From: Alphaproteobacteria bacterium
Lineage (GTDB): Bacteria > Pseudomonadota > Alphaproteobacteria > SP197
Length of the DNA stretch: 64,000 bases
Direction of reading: 5' to 3'
Assembly: GCA_965200495.1 (NCBI GenBank)
Contig: CBDAUG010000001.1
Coordinates: 1,191,406 to 1,255,405, forward strand
Numbering within the stretch: position 1 is the stretch's first letter; the number at the start of each line of letters is the position of its first letter. Under the pieces are notes generated by a model. That model searched no databases. It was not told the origin of the DNA and saw only the letters and a program-made list of their open reading frames with translations. This document shows, one piece after another, positions 47,791-57,524 of the stretch. A program made the position numbers and the translations under genes.

Positions 47791-48521
47791 TCCGCATCGC
47801 GGGATCATGATCGGGCCCCGCGCACGCTCCGTCACCGTGTCGCCCTGGCTGGAAGGCGAGGACGTCGGGTGCGTTTTTCCGGCGAGCCTTCTGTGATCGG
47901 TTTTGTCCCCGTGGGCAACGGCAGTCGGGAGCGGGTATTGCACCCTGGCTGTCAGGGACGGGCGCCGACGCGAGAACGGCGCTGACAGGCACGCCACGCA
48001 CTTTCGGTGAACTCCCTGGCGTTCTCCTTGCTTTCGACATCTCAAGGTCCTGATCAACGCGTCGAGCATGTCCTCGACGCGCATGCCGCGCAAAACGGCT
48101 CACAATTCCTTTGCTTCGCCCTCAACGTCGACCGCCGCGCTTGCGCCCGCCTTCCGGCACCAACGTCTCCCGGACCTTGATGGCCGTCGAATCCCGCGAG
48201 ACATGGCCTACAATCTCACAGCCCAGCGCCTCCTCAGACGAGGTCTCCCCGCAAGACGCGACGGGGAGAACTCAAGCCTCGCGTGGACTTCCGGCAAGCG
48301 CGACCAGCCGCGCAGCCGGCACAAGCGTCGCGTCCTCCAGCAGCCTCTTCGATCAGGCGGCACGCGTCCACACACCGCCTTGGCCCTGAAGGCCCGGACC
48401 GTCCCCACGTGCCTGACCGGCAAGGCGCTCCACCTGAACCAGTGACAAGGACGGTCACGAAACGCCGGTTCCGTTCGAGAAAGGGGGCCGGCCTCCTCGG
48501 CCAGATCGCCCTTGCTTGCTT

Positions 48522-48791
48522 CTAGGAGCCGCCCACCAATTGCTGCAAATTGGGCGCAAAAGTGATCAGGGCTGCAATGGCGGCAATCAGGATGGCCGTC
48601 TGCCACCATCTCGCGTTGGCATCCCGCTCTGATCGCGCCGCATCCCGTTCTGATCGTGCCGCATCCCGTTTCGCCATGTCTTCGGCCAGGCGGGCAATGT
48701 CCGTGCGATACTCGGCCTGCATCGTCTTCATGCGTTCCTCCAGGGCGGCAAGTTGCCGTGCCAGTTCGTGGTTGTCCGGTGCTTCACTCAT
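48522..48791 (-). CDS. Small coiled-coil, C-terminally tail-anchored membrane protein (ElaB/DUF883- or XhlA-like) with internal RDAARSE tandem repeat
   Basis: 89 aa. The N-terminus is predicted coiled coil (LARQLAALEERMKTMQAEYRTDIARLAEDM). It has an RDAARSE x2 repeat and a C-terminal TM (WWQTAILIAAIAALITF). A frameshifted paralog lies at 51506-51726 on the other strand. Confidence 0.5.
   Translation of the reverse strand: MSEAPDNHELARQLAALEERMKTMQAEYRTDIARLAEDMAKRDAARSERDAARSERDANARWWQTAILIAAIAALITFAPNLQQLVGGS
48619..48675. repeat. Tandem direct repeat, 21-bp unit x about 2.7 (GCATCCCG[C/T]TCTGATCG[C/T]GCC), inside the small-protein CDS
   Basis: The sequence shows gcatcccgctctgatcgcgcc, then gcatcccgttctgatcgtgcc, then a partial gcatcccgtttcgcc. 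It encodes the RDAARSE peptide repeat on the minus strand. Confidence 0.9.
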
Positions 48792-49420
48792 GCGTCATGG
48801 TCGTTGTGAATCCTGCGACGCCGAGCAGGACGTCATGGCATCCACCCGCAAGCGCTGGCATCGCCGACGCTGCCAGTGCCACAAATAGTTGCTACAATGT
48901 TCAGTTGCTTCACGATCGGTTCTCGACCCGAACTCAGCGTCGGATGGTTCTGTTGGCCATTGCGCAACCCTGTTCCCGTGCCTAACAGTATGTGCATTCA
49001 GGGCGGGTCCATCAAGCGGTTATGCGTATTGCGCCACATGATTGCCCTCGCGATCCTGTCGCCGCCCGGGTGCCCGGTCGCCACCGCGCCCGAACAATGG
49101 TGGCGCTATCTCGATGAGAGGAAGGGCATCAGTCACGACACCCGTATCTCCTGACTCAATGCCATTGCCCTCGGCTGGGGGTAAGAAACATCATGTTGGT
49201 TTGCGACGAAACCGCGCCAATTCCCATGTCACGAAGCGCTGCCGCCAGACGGGCTGCACGAGCGTGATCTTCTGCCAGTTGCGGCAAATGATGTTCCAGA
49301 GCATACAGTTCCGCGGCGGCCAAGAAACGCCACAGCCTGCCGGCACATCCAGAAGTCTTCCCCGTCAATCAGGGCGCGGGCTGCGCACATCGTCCCGGAA
49401 ACCGCCGTCGGGAAGGTCGT

Positions 49421-50386
49421 TCACGAAGGTCCATCGTCATAGGAGAATGCTCTGGCCATGCGTGATACCAGGTAATCGCCGCAGGCAATCGGATCGTGGG
49501 CCGGAATTTCACCGTGCGCGCACGATACCGACGGATCGATCAGGGTGTCGAAATCGGGGTCGAAAGCCACAACGATGGACAGTCTCTCGCGTCCCGACCG
49601 GTTGATGACCCGGTGCGGTGTCGAACGCAGTTTCCCGTTGCTCCATCGCTCCAGCAGGTCGCCCACGTTGACGACGAGTGTGCCTGGAACAGGAGGTGCG
49701 GCGATCCATTCGCCTTCGTAGTCCTGAACGTGGAGACCTCCGACCTCGTCCTGGCATAGCACGGTCAGAACTCCGAAGTCAGTGTGCGGCGAGACACCGA
49801 AGACCTCCGGGCCCAGGGTGTCGGGTTGAGGCGGATAGTAGGTCAGTGACGCCCGGCTGAGAGGCCTCGAGGTGGTCTGAAGAAAGGCATCGGCCGACAG
49901 GCCAAGACCCAGGGCGCAGCCGCGCAGGACATGCCGGGCGACGTCGCTGGCGGACGTGAGATAGCGTTCCAGAAGCGGACGCAGGGCCGGCATCGACGCG
50001 GGCCACCGGTTGACGCCCTGCAAGGGCCTGTTGCGTTGTGAGACGGGGAAGTCATGACCCCACACGAAACTCTCCTTGAGATCTGCAATGGCGTCATCAT
50101 CCATTTTCGAGGCGCCCTGTCTCAGATAGCCCCGGTGGTCTCTGCTGATGGAGACGTCCTGCTTGATCTCGTCCTTCTGCCGGAAGAACGCCAGTCCCAT
50201 GCGATGCGCCCGGGCGATCAGCTCCGCATCGATCCCGTGATTGCGGATGTAGAGAAACCCGACATCCCGGCTGGCTTCGTGGATCTCCCTGGCAACGCGC
50301 AACTCTGCAGAACCGTCGCGCAACGGGTCGATATCGATGATCGGTATGACAGAGGCGTCGATCTCCCTGTGTGCGGCGTAACCCAT
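49421..50386 (-). CDS. 2-oxoglutarate/Fe(II)-dependent oxygenase, isopenicillin-N-synthase-like family
   Basis: ORF 49421..50410(-), start at the ATG at 50386, which has an AGGAGA RBS. The HxD...H facial triad context is present (SPHTDFGVLTVLCQD ... RSTPHRVIN) with an RxS 2OG-binding motif. It has the N-terminal non-haem dioxygenase domain. Confidence 0.8.
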   Translation of the reverse strand: MGYAAHREIDASVIPIIDIDPLRDGSAELRVAREIHEASRDVGFLYIRNHGIDAELIARAHRMGLAFFRQKDEIKQDVSISRDHRGYLRQGASKMDDDAIADLKESFVWGHDFPVSQRNRPLQGVNRWPASMPALRPLLERYLTSASDVARHVLRGCALGLGLSADAFLQTTSRPLSRASLTYYPPQPDTLGPEVFGVSPHTDFGVLTVLCQDEVGGLHVQDYEGEWIAAPPVPGTLVVNVGDLLERWSNGKLRSTPHRVINRSGRERLSIVVAFDPDFDTLIDPSVSCAHGEIPAHDPIACGDYLVSRMARAFSYDDGPS

Positions 50387-50387
50387 G

Positions 50388-50987
50388 TCAGGTATCTCCT
50401 GTCGTCTCACCGGCTGAGACGTAAAATCCTACCATGTCGCCTGCAAGGGTCACGCCAAGACCGTTAAGCAGGCGGTTGACGTAGTTGAAGTAGCCGCAGA
50501 TCTGGTTGACTTCAAGAATGACGCCGTCGTCAACGCCACAGTCACGCATGGCGGCAAGATCACTTTCGACCATCGTGCCGGGGTCGAGGGTCAGTTTCTC
50601 GGCATAACGAAGCATGGCGAGATGAGCGGTTTCGAAGGCGGTCTCCGGACGCCCGGCCTTGAGCGCGTTGAGGATGGTGTCGGCACGTTCGTCATCGGCG
50701 ATGAGATGGCGGGCGTTGGCGAAGTGGTTGGTGAGTGAGTAGTCGCAACGGTTGAGAATGCTGACCCAGGAGGCGATCACCTCCTGAAACCACATGGGGA
50801 GCTCGTTCCCGTCGTTGTGCAGGACGCTCATGTAGAGTTCCCAATGGCCCATCATGGTGTGTGGCCGCAGCGCATGGACACGCATGACGTTGTCCACCCG
50901 CCCGGACGGGCCACGCGCCCGTTCGAGAGTGGCCTTCAGCTCCGGCGAGGCCTTCGAATCCTCGATCATGGTGATCCAGGCCGTCAT
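50388..50987 (-). CDS. Carboxymuconolactone decarboxylase / AhpD-like (peroxidase-related) family protein
   Basis: ORF 50388..51050(-) trimmed to the ATG at 50987, which has a GAGGAGG RBS. The CDYSLTNH motif fits the AhpD-fold CxxxH-type signature. About 199 aa. Its stop sits 1 nt before the oxygenase start codon. Confidence 0.65.
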   Translation of the reverse strand: MTAWITMIEDSKASPELKATLERARGPSGRVDNVMRVHALRPHTMMGHWELYMSVLHNDGNELPMWFQEVIASWVSILNRCDYSLTNHFANARHLIADDERADTILNALKAGRPETAFETAHLAMLRYAEKLTLDPGTMVESDLAAMRDCGVDDGVILEVNQICGYFNYVNRLLNGLGVTLAGDMVGFYVSAGETTGDT

Positions 50988-51505
50988 GGATGACCTCCTC
51001 GTGACGCGTCGCAAGCCGCCACATTGTCGGGATTGCCCCTGCGAGTCCACGACGCAGATCCGGCGATCGATCGGAAACCGCCTGAAATCCCCGAGAAGGG
51101 ATCATCCGCTGCCGCCTTGGTCTCGCGAGTGTTTTCTCGGTGCAGACGGTCTCCGATGTGCGCGAGCATACCGATCCAGACTGACTGGCGCCCTTTAACC
51201 GCTCATTCTGGATCAGCGTGATCCAACGGCTCACCCTTGGTTTGAAGTGCCTGCCCTTGTTCATTTGTCGGGAGGAACCCGAATGGACCGAGCGCGTCCT
51301 TGACCACCTGAACCGTGCCCGGCGTCGGGGCGCCCATGGGGCGCGCCGGATCAGATGGGCCCGGGACTCTGCGACGGTCCTGAGCCCATCACCTTCCCCG
51401 AGGAGTTGCGGCGTCTGTCAGACCCCGACGCGCAAAGCGCAGTTCCAGAACGGACGCACCCCCTGCGGGCTTGAGCGGTCCGGCAGGCGCGCCTATCCTT
51501 GGGGC

Positions 51506-51726
51506 ATGGGTGGTACGTCGGACAACCACGAGCTCAACCGGCGGGTCGCCATTCTGGATGAATGCATGAAAACGATGCAGGCCGACCTTTCGGCGTCCCT
51601 TGAGCGGTTCCGGGCCGACATGGGTCACACCGTAATGCGGCGAAACGGGACAGGGACAACCAGCGCTGGCAGATCGCTCTCTGGATCGCCGCCGTTGTCA
51701 TCCTGGATTTCCTGATCCGGGCATGA
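51506..51726 (+). pseudogene. Frameshifted paralog of the small coiled-coil tail-anchored protein (inverted relative to copy at 48522-48791)
   Basis: MGGTSDNHELNRRVAILDECMKTMQADLSASLERFRADM parallels copy 1 (MSEAPDNHELARQLAALEERMKTMQAEYRTDIARLAEDM). The C-terminal TM-like segment (NQRWQIALWIAAVVILDFLIRA) is only readable in the +2 frame after about 51625, consistent with a 2-nt insertion. Confidence 0.35.
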
Positions 51727-51887
51727 GCGGCATGCCGACTGCCCGGGATTGGTATAATCTCCTTTCGTTCGGCGCGCGTGCCGTCGACCGGAACCATGGC
51801 GTTTGAACGGGTCAACGAAACCCGGGAACCAGGATGCTCAACTCTTTGAAAGGTGGCCAAGGTCGACCGGAGTATTCCGCGATTCGC

Positions 51888-53354
51888 TCAGTTCCGGGTT
51901 CCGCGAAGAGTCAGGCGGTCGCCCGTATCGGCGAGCATGGCGACCGTGCGTCGTATGTCATCCTCGCTGGTTCGGGGGTTGATGAGGCACATGCGCAGCA
52001 CGGTTCGACCGTTCAAAACAGTTGAGGTGACGACAGCTTCGCCAGTCGCCATGATTTCATGCGGTATCGCGCCGTTGACCTCGTCGAGCCTCGCATCCCC
52101 GTGCGATCCGTTGCCGACATAGCGAAAGGTGACGATGCCCAGGCATGCCGATGATGTCACCTCAAGCCGGTCATCGCTTTTGACCTCCCGCGCCGCCACC
52201 TCTGCAAGAAGAATGCCCCTGTCGATGGCTTCCCTGATGGCGTCCAGCCCCAGGCACTGAAGGCTCACCCAGAGCTTGAGGGCCCGAAATCCACGGCTCA
52301 ACTGGATGCCGCAGTCGCAAAAATTGACTTCCTGGCCGATTGTCTTCGCGTCCTGCATGTAGTCGCCCGAGTTGCGAAACGTCTTGGCGAGCAGGGTCCT
52401 GTCACGCACCAGGACGGCACCTATCTCGTATGGCTGGAACATCCACTTGTGGGGATCGAGAACCAGGGAGTCGGCCCTGCCCAGGTCCGCCAGCAGTTCC
52501 CCGGAGCGCTGGCCCAGGGCCGCACTTGCGCCATAGGCGCCGTCAACGTGCAGCCACATTTCCTCCTCGCTGCAGATGTCAGCCAGGGGAGCCAGTGGAT
52601 CGACGGCGCCGGTGTTGGTTGAACCTGCATTGGCAACGACACAAAACGGCCGTTTTCCCTGGGTGCGATCCCTCGCGATGGCCTCGCGAAGACGATCGGG
52701 ATCCAGCCTGAAATCGCAGTCGGCCCTGATTCGGAGAAGTTGATGAGATGCAAAGCCGAGCAGGTGGAGCGCCTTGTCGACGGACGCGTGCACCTGATCG
52801 GAGCAATAGATGACAGTGTTGTCCGTTCGATCATCGAGCCTCTCGCGGCGTGCGACTGCCAGACCGGTCAGATTGGCCACCGAACCGCCACTGACAAACA
52901 GCCCCCCCGACCGTGGCGGCAGGCCCACCGTCCGGCACAACCAGTCGATCAGGGAGAGTTCGACCGCCGCCGGTCCGGAGCTTTCGAGCCAGGTGCCGGT
53001 AAAGACGTTGAAACCGGAGGCCAGCACGTCTCCCAGGACGCCATAGAAGTTGCTCGGACCAGGGACGAAGGCAAAGTAGCGCGGGTGGTTGCAGAGCAGG
53101 CTGTTCGCGAAAATGTCTTTGCTGGCATGCGACAGGACATCCGCAAACGGGCGCCCCTTCTCGGGCGGATCGGCGGAGAAGAGGTCCGTCATCTCGCCCA
53201 CGGAACCGACCTGTCCGACCGAACGGTCCGCAAGTGTGGCGAGGTGTTCGACCAGGAGATCGATGGCAGCGTAGCCGTCACGTCGCATCTGCTCGATGTC
53301 GGGCTCAAGACGCGCACGCCACGGCGCATAGCCGTGCTCCGGCTGATCTTTCAT
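51888..53354 (-). CDS. Pyridoxal-phosphate-dependent group II decarboxylase (aromatic amino acid / diaminobutyrate / glutamate decarboxylase family)
   Basis: 488 aa. PLP-lysine region SLVLDPHKWMFQPYEIG and the upstream motifs (HVDGAYGASAA, SGGSVANLTGLAVAR) are characteristic of the group II decarboxylase fold. Confidence 0.8.
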   Translation of the reverse strand: MKDQPEHGYAPWRARLEPDIEQMRRDGYAAIDLLVEHLATLADRSVGQVGSVGEMTDLFSADPPEKGRPFADVLSHASKDIFANSLLCNHPRYFAFVPGPSNFYGVLGDVLASGFNVFTGTWLESSGPAAVELSLIDWLCRTVGLPPRSGGLFVSGGSVANLTGLAVARRERLDDRTDNTVIYCSDQVHASVDKALHLLGFASHQLLRIRADCDFRLDPDRLREAIARDRTQGKRPFCVVANAGSTNTGAVDPLAPLADICSEEEMWLHVDGAYGASAALGQRSGELLADLGRADSLVLDPHKWMFQPYEIGAVLVRDRTLLAKTFRNSGDYMQDAKTIGQEVNFCDCGIQLSRGFRALKLWVSLQCLGLDAIREAIDRGILLAEVAAREVKSDDRLEVTSSACLGIVTFRYVGNGSHGDARLDEVNGAIPHEIMATGEAVVTSTVLNGRTVLRMCLINPRTSEDDIRRTVAMLADTGDRLTLRGTRN

Positions 53355-53566
53355 GGCGCCGATCCCGGGACATCCGTATCCCTGCCTGGCGCGGCCTCCA
53401 CTCTCGCAGAGTTGCCAACGGAATGACGAAACTTCGTGTCATGATGGGATGGGGAGCAGCCGTGGTTGACAAGCCGCGCGACCGGTTCGAGTTCACGGTC
53501 ACTGGCGAAAAAGCCGTCGGCTTCCTCCGGTTCAACCATGTCAAGCCAGCAAGACGGGTCGGCCAT
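53351..53566 (-). CDS. Candidate small Cys/His-containing ORF translationally coupled upstream of the decarboxylase (hypothetical)
   Basis: About 71 aa (MADPSCWLDMVEPEEADGFFASDRELEPVARLVNHGCSPSHHDTK...). A GGTGGAGAG RBS precedes its ATG. Its stop overlaps the decarboxylase ATG (ATGA on the minus strand at 53351-53354). The third codon position is only moderately GC-biased, so the coding call is tentative. Confidence 0.25.
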   Translation of the reverse strand: MADPSCWLDMVEPEEADGFFASDRELEPVARLVNHGCSPSHHDTKFRHSVGNSARVEAAPGRDTDVPGSAP

Positions 53567-53967
53567 CGCGCTCTCCACCGGAGGCCCGTCGTGACACACT
53601 CACACAGCACCGACCTTCCTTGTCGCCAGCCTAGGTAGGCGATCCATCACCCGTCAAGACGGTGATCATTGAGTGATAGGAAGGGCCGCAACGCGCCATG
53701 ACCCACCCTCTTTCCTTCCCTTCATGGCCGCCGGAGGGCACGGTCTGGCGATCGCCTGGTCCTTGATCCGCTAGACTCCGTAAACGGCCCATTGTTGTGG
53801 GAATTATAGCGGAAAGCCACCATGCGGCGGGTCAGGGTGACCCGTCGCGGATGAATCTCACTGGCCGGAAGAACGTACGCCGGATCTTCTCGTCGTCCAT
53901 CTCCGGCATACGGATCGCATCCCACGCCGTGGCGTAGAAACCTGGGCACACTCAGCGCCGCGTTGCA

Positions 53968-55620
53968 TCAGTTTCCGGCCGCTTTCTGGCCGGTTCGGCG
54001 CCGGTGTTCCATGACCGTCTCGAGCCAGCCGACCTTGAGGTCGGGAACGGACTTCACGAGCAGATCGGTGTAGTCATGATGAGGCGGCCGCAGCACCTCG
54101 GCTGTCGGCCCCGCCTCGACGATTGCGCCGTCACGCATGACCGCCACCCGGTCGGCAATGCGCGCGATCGTGGAAATGTCGTGGGAGATGAAGATGTAGG
54201 CCACATTCAGCCGCTCTTGCAGGGAAATGAGAAGGTCCAGGATGGCCTCGGCGACCACCGTGTCGAGAGCCGAGGTGATTTCGTCGCAGATGATAAGCTG
54301 GGGGTCGGCGGCAAGGGCCCGGGCCAGGTTGACCCGCTGTTTTTGACCGCCGGACATCTCGCGTGGAAGGCGCCGCGCAAAGGCGGGATCGAGACCGACC
54401 AGTTCAAGGAGTTCGCTGACCCGTCTCTCGATCGCCTGGCGGTCCGCGCCGAAATAGAATGCCAGCGGGCGGCCCAGGATCTTGGCGACAGTGTGACGCG
54501 GATTGAGCGCCACATCGGCCATCTGGAAGACGATCTGGATATTGCGCAACTCGTCACGCGTGCGTTGCTTCAGAGAAGCGGCAAGCGGCTCGCCCCTGAG
54601 CAGGATCTCGCCTGTCCAGGGCGCCATGAGTCCACTGACAACGCGACCGAGCGTCGACTTTCCGGAACCGGATTCACCGATGACGCCGACGGTTTCCGCG
54701 ACACGGACGTCGATGGAGACATTGCGCAGGGCCGGCACTTTCTGCTGGCGGCCATACCCGGCCGAGACACCGTTAACCGAAAGCAGGTGCGTCCCTTCGC
54801 CTTGCGAGGCTCTCTGCCTGACCTCCGTCGGCATGACATGGGCCGCGGCGATCAACTGTCTGGTGTAATCCTGCCGTGGAACGGTGATGATCGTTTCCGC
54901 AGGTCCGCACTCAATCATTCGGCCGTCCTTGAGAACCAGAATCTCGTCGGCGATCTGGGCAACAACGGCAAGGTCATGGCTGACATAGATGGCCGAGGTC
55001 CGGTTCTCGCGCACCAGGTTCTTGAATGCCTGCAGGACTTCGATCTGGGTCGTGACATCAAGTGCGGTGGTCGGCTCGTCCAGGATCAGCAGCTTCGGAC
55101 TGCACATCATCGCCATGGCTGCCATCAGGCGTTGCAACTGGCCGCCGCTGACCTGATGGGGATAGCGCCGTCCGATTGTCTCCGGCGACGGCAGGTCGAG
55201 CTCGCCGTAGAGTGCTGCCGCCTTGCGGGTTGCATCATCCCGGCTCATCAGATTGCGGATCAGCGGGATTTCGGTGACCTGGCGGTTGATGGAGAGGGCG
55301 CTGTTGAACGATGCGGCGGCGCTCTGGGCGACATAGGAGACATCGACGCCACGGATCTGCTGACGCCTGACAAGGCTGAGCTGCAGCACGTCGCTGCCGT
55401 CAAGCAGGATTTCGCCGCCCCTGAAGGCGCAGCCAGGGCGGGTATAACCCAGACAGGCAAGCGAAATGGTTGTCTTGCCCGAACCGGATTCACCGATCAG
55501 CGCAACCACCCTGCCGGGAGCGACCGAGAAGGAGACATCCTCGACAATCGGCGTGCGCCCGCCACGTTTGGCGACGGCGTCGACCGACAGGTTGCGCACA
55601 TCGATGACGTTGTCGGCCAT
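53968..55620 (-). CDS. Fused double-NBD ABC ATP-binding protein (glutathione/peptide importer GsiA-like)
   Basis: 550 aa with two NBDs (GESGSGKTT...VSGGQLQRLMAA...[11 protein letters not shown], and GESGSGKSTL...MSGGQKQRVNLA...IICDEITSALD). Confidence 0.85.
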   Translation of the reverse strand: MADNVIDVRNLSVDAVAKRGGRTPIVEDVSFSVAPGRVVALIGESGSGKTTISLACLGYTRPGCAFRGGEILLDGSDVLQLSLVRRQQIRGVDVSYVAQSAAASFNSALSINRQVTEIPLIRNLMSRDDATRKAAALYGELDLPSPETIGRRYPHQVSGGQLQRLMAAMAMMCSPKLLILDEPTTALDVTTQIEVLQAFKNLVRENRTSAIYVSHDLAVVAQIADEILVLKDGRMIECGPAETIITVPRQDYTRQLIAAAHVMPTEVRQRASQGEGTHLLSVNGVSAGYGRQQKVPALRNVSIDVRVAETVGVIGESGSGKSTLGRVVSGLMAPWTGEILLRGEPLAASLKQRTRDELRNIQIVFQMADVALNPRHTVAKILGRPLAFYFGADRQAIERRVSELLELVGLDPAFARRLPREMSGGQKQRVNLARALAADPQLIICDEITSALDTVVAEAILDLLISLQERLNVAYIFISHDISTIARIADRVAVMRDGAIVEAGPTAEVLRPPHHDYTDLLVKSVPDLKVGWLETVMEHRRRTGQKAAGN

Positions 55621-56477
55621 TACCGGAGATCTTCCGGCGAGCTGGCGTCGCTGCGACGCAGATACCAGTCGACCAGGAGATTGATGCTGACGGTGACGGC
55701 CGCGATGCAGAGCGCCGGATAGAGCGGCGTGAACGTGCCATAGAGGAGACCCTGCATGTTCTCCCGGATGAGGACGCCGAGGTCCGCCTGCGGCGGCTGC
55801 ACGCCAAGGCCAAGGAAGCTCAGTGCAGAGATGAACAGGATGGCATAGGTGAAGCGGATACCGAATTCCGCCGCCAGCGGGACGAGGGCGTTGGGCAGGA
55901 TTTCATGCCACATCAGCCAACCGAACCGCTCCCCGCGCACGGTCGCTGCCTCAATGTAGTCCTGAACCACGATATCGATGCCAAGCGCTCGCGCCACCCG
56001 GAAGACCCGGGTTGAATCGATAAAGGCGATGGTGACCACAAGAACCGGGATCGACGGGCCGAGCGCCGTGAGCACGATCAGCGCCAGCATGATCGCCGGG
56101 AAAGCGATGAGCGCGTCGACCAGACGGCTGATCAGCATGTCGAAACGGCCTCCGAGGACGGCGGCCAGGAAACCGAGGCTGCAGCCGACGAGGAAAGCCA
56201 GGAAAGCAATCAGGAAAGAGACGACGACGGTCAGCCGGAGGCCGTAGAACAGCCGTGAAAAGAGGTCGCGCCCCAGATAGTCGCTGCCCAGCAGCAAGCC
56301 CCCGCCCGGCGACGCGAAGCTGCCGGTCGTCAGGATCTCGCCTTCCCGGTAGGGAGCCAGGAATGGCGCCAGGATCGCGGCAAGCAGGATCAGACCGATG
56401 ATCACCAGGCATACCGTGGCCGTCGGCGTCAGATCGCGTCTGGTTTCGCCAAGCGCGATGGCGATACGTTCGACCAT
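55620..56477 (-). CDS. ABC transporter permease (DppC/GsiD-like)
   Basis: 285 aa, 6 TM, binding-protein-dependent transport permease fold. Stop overlaps the ATPase start. Confidence 0.85.
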   Translation of the reverse strand: MVERIAIALGETRRDLTPTATVCLVIIGLILLAAILAPFLAPYREGEILTTGSFASPGGGLLLGSDYLGRDLFSRLFYGLRLTVVVSFLIAFLAFLVGCSLGFLAAVLGGRFDMLISRLVDALIAFPAIMLALIVLTALGPSIPVLVVTIAFIDSTRVFRVARALGIDIVVQDYIEAATVRGERFGWLMWHEILPNALVPLAAEFGIRFTYAILFISALSFLGLGVQPPQADLGVLIRENMQGLLYGTFTPLYPALCIAAVTVSINLLVDWYLRRSDASSPEDLR

Positions 56478-57431
56478 CTACCTGGGATGCCTGACGCGCG
56501 GGTTGGCGATCAGCGAGATGATGTCGGCAGCCAGATTCAGCACGACATAGGTCGAACAGAAGATCATCGCTGCGGCCTGCACCAGCGGGATATCGCGCGT
56601 GGTCACGCCTTCGACCATCAGCCTGCCAACGCCTGGAAAGTTGAACATCGACTCGATCACGACAATACCGGTGATGAGATAGGCGAGGTTGAGCGCGATC
56701 ACGTTGACGATCGGCGCAATGGCGTTCGGCAGCGCATGAACCAGAATGATCCGCCACTTCGGCACACCCTTGAGGATCGCCATTTCGATTGGCGACGAGG
56801 TCAGCACGCTGAGGACGGCGCTGCGTGTCATCCGCGCCATGTGCGCCATGATGGTGAAGGAAAGCGCAGTGACCGGCAGGGCGAGGACCCGCGCGTACTC
56901 GAGAAAGCCGTCGACGCGGTTCAGATTGGCGATCGCCGGCAGCCAGCCGAGCTGAACGGCAAAAAGGGACACCAGGAGGACCGCAATCAGGAAGTCGGGT
57001 ACGGAAATGAGCGCCAGGGTCGATGTCGAGATCAGCCGGTCAACCGCGCTGTCCGGTCGGGTCGAGGCCACCAGGCCGAGCACGATCGAGAGCGGCACGG
57101 CGATTGCCGCCGTCACGGCTGCCAGCAGAACCGTGTTGCCGATGCGCTCACCGATGACATCGTTCAGGATCGCCCCGTTGGCCAACGAGGTGCCGAGATC
57201 GCCACGCAGCAATTCACCCAGCCAGGCGAGGTAGCGCAGGGAGGCCGGCACATCGAGACCCAGCCGTTCCCGTATGTTGGCGACCAGTTCGGGCGTTGCT
57301 CCCTGCCCCAGGATGGCATGGGCGACATCGCCAGGCAGGATCTCGGTACCTGCAAAGACCAGAAGCGAGACGATCAGCACGGTCAGAATGCCCAGCCCCA
57401 AACGCTGCACGATCACGCCGAGGATGTTCAT
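56478..57431 (-). CDS. ABC transporter permease (DppB/GsiC-like)
   Basis: 317 aa, 6 TM. Adjacent to and co-oriented with the other transporter genes. Confidence 0.85.
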   Translation of the reverse strand: MNILGVIVQRLGLGILTVLIVSLLVFAGTEILPGDVAHAILGQGATPELVANIRERLGLDVPASLRYLAWLGELLRGDLGTSLANGAILNDVIGERIGNTVLLAAVTAAIAVPLSIVLGLVASTRPDSAVDRLISTSTLALISVPDFLIAVLLVSLFAVQLGWLPAIANLNRVDGFLEYARVLALPVTALSFTIMAHMARMTRSAVLSVLTSSPIEMAILKGVPKWRIILVHALPNAIAPIVNVIALNLAYLITGIVVIESMFNFPGVGRLMVEGVTTRDIPLVQAAAMIFCSTYVVLNLAADIISLIANPRVRHPR

Positions 57432-57524
57432 GAATCCTGCTTCCCGTCACCGGACGGCGATTCAACAGCCACCGCGCAAGCGAACCCCGCGGTGGCTGTT
57501 ATGGGCGAGAGGGAACCTTGAGGC

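Noticed and set aside
47791-48521. 730-bp non-coding stretch after yejE, with a GC hairpin (CTCCCCG-N11-CGGGGAG near 48238-48262) and a GGCC palindromic stem followed by CCCCCCTTTCTC near 48480-48510
   Set aside because: The hairpins are short (4-7 bp stems) and the U-tract is poor, so a rho-independent terminator cannot be asserted. No ncRNA family signature was recognized.
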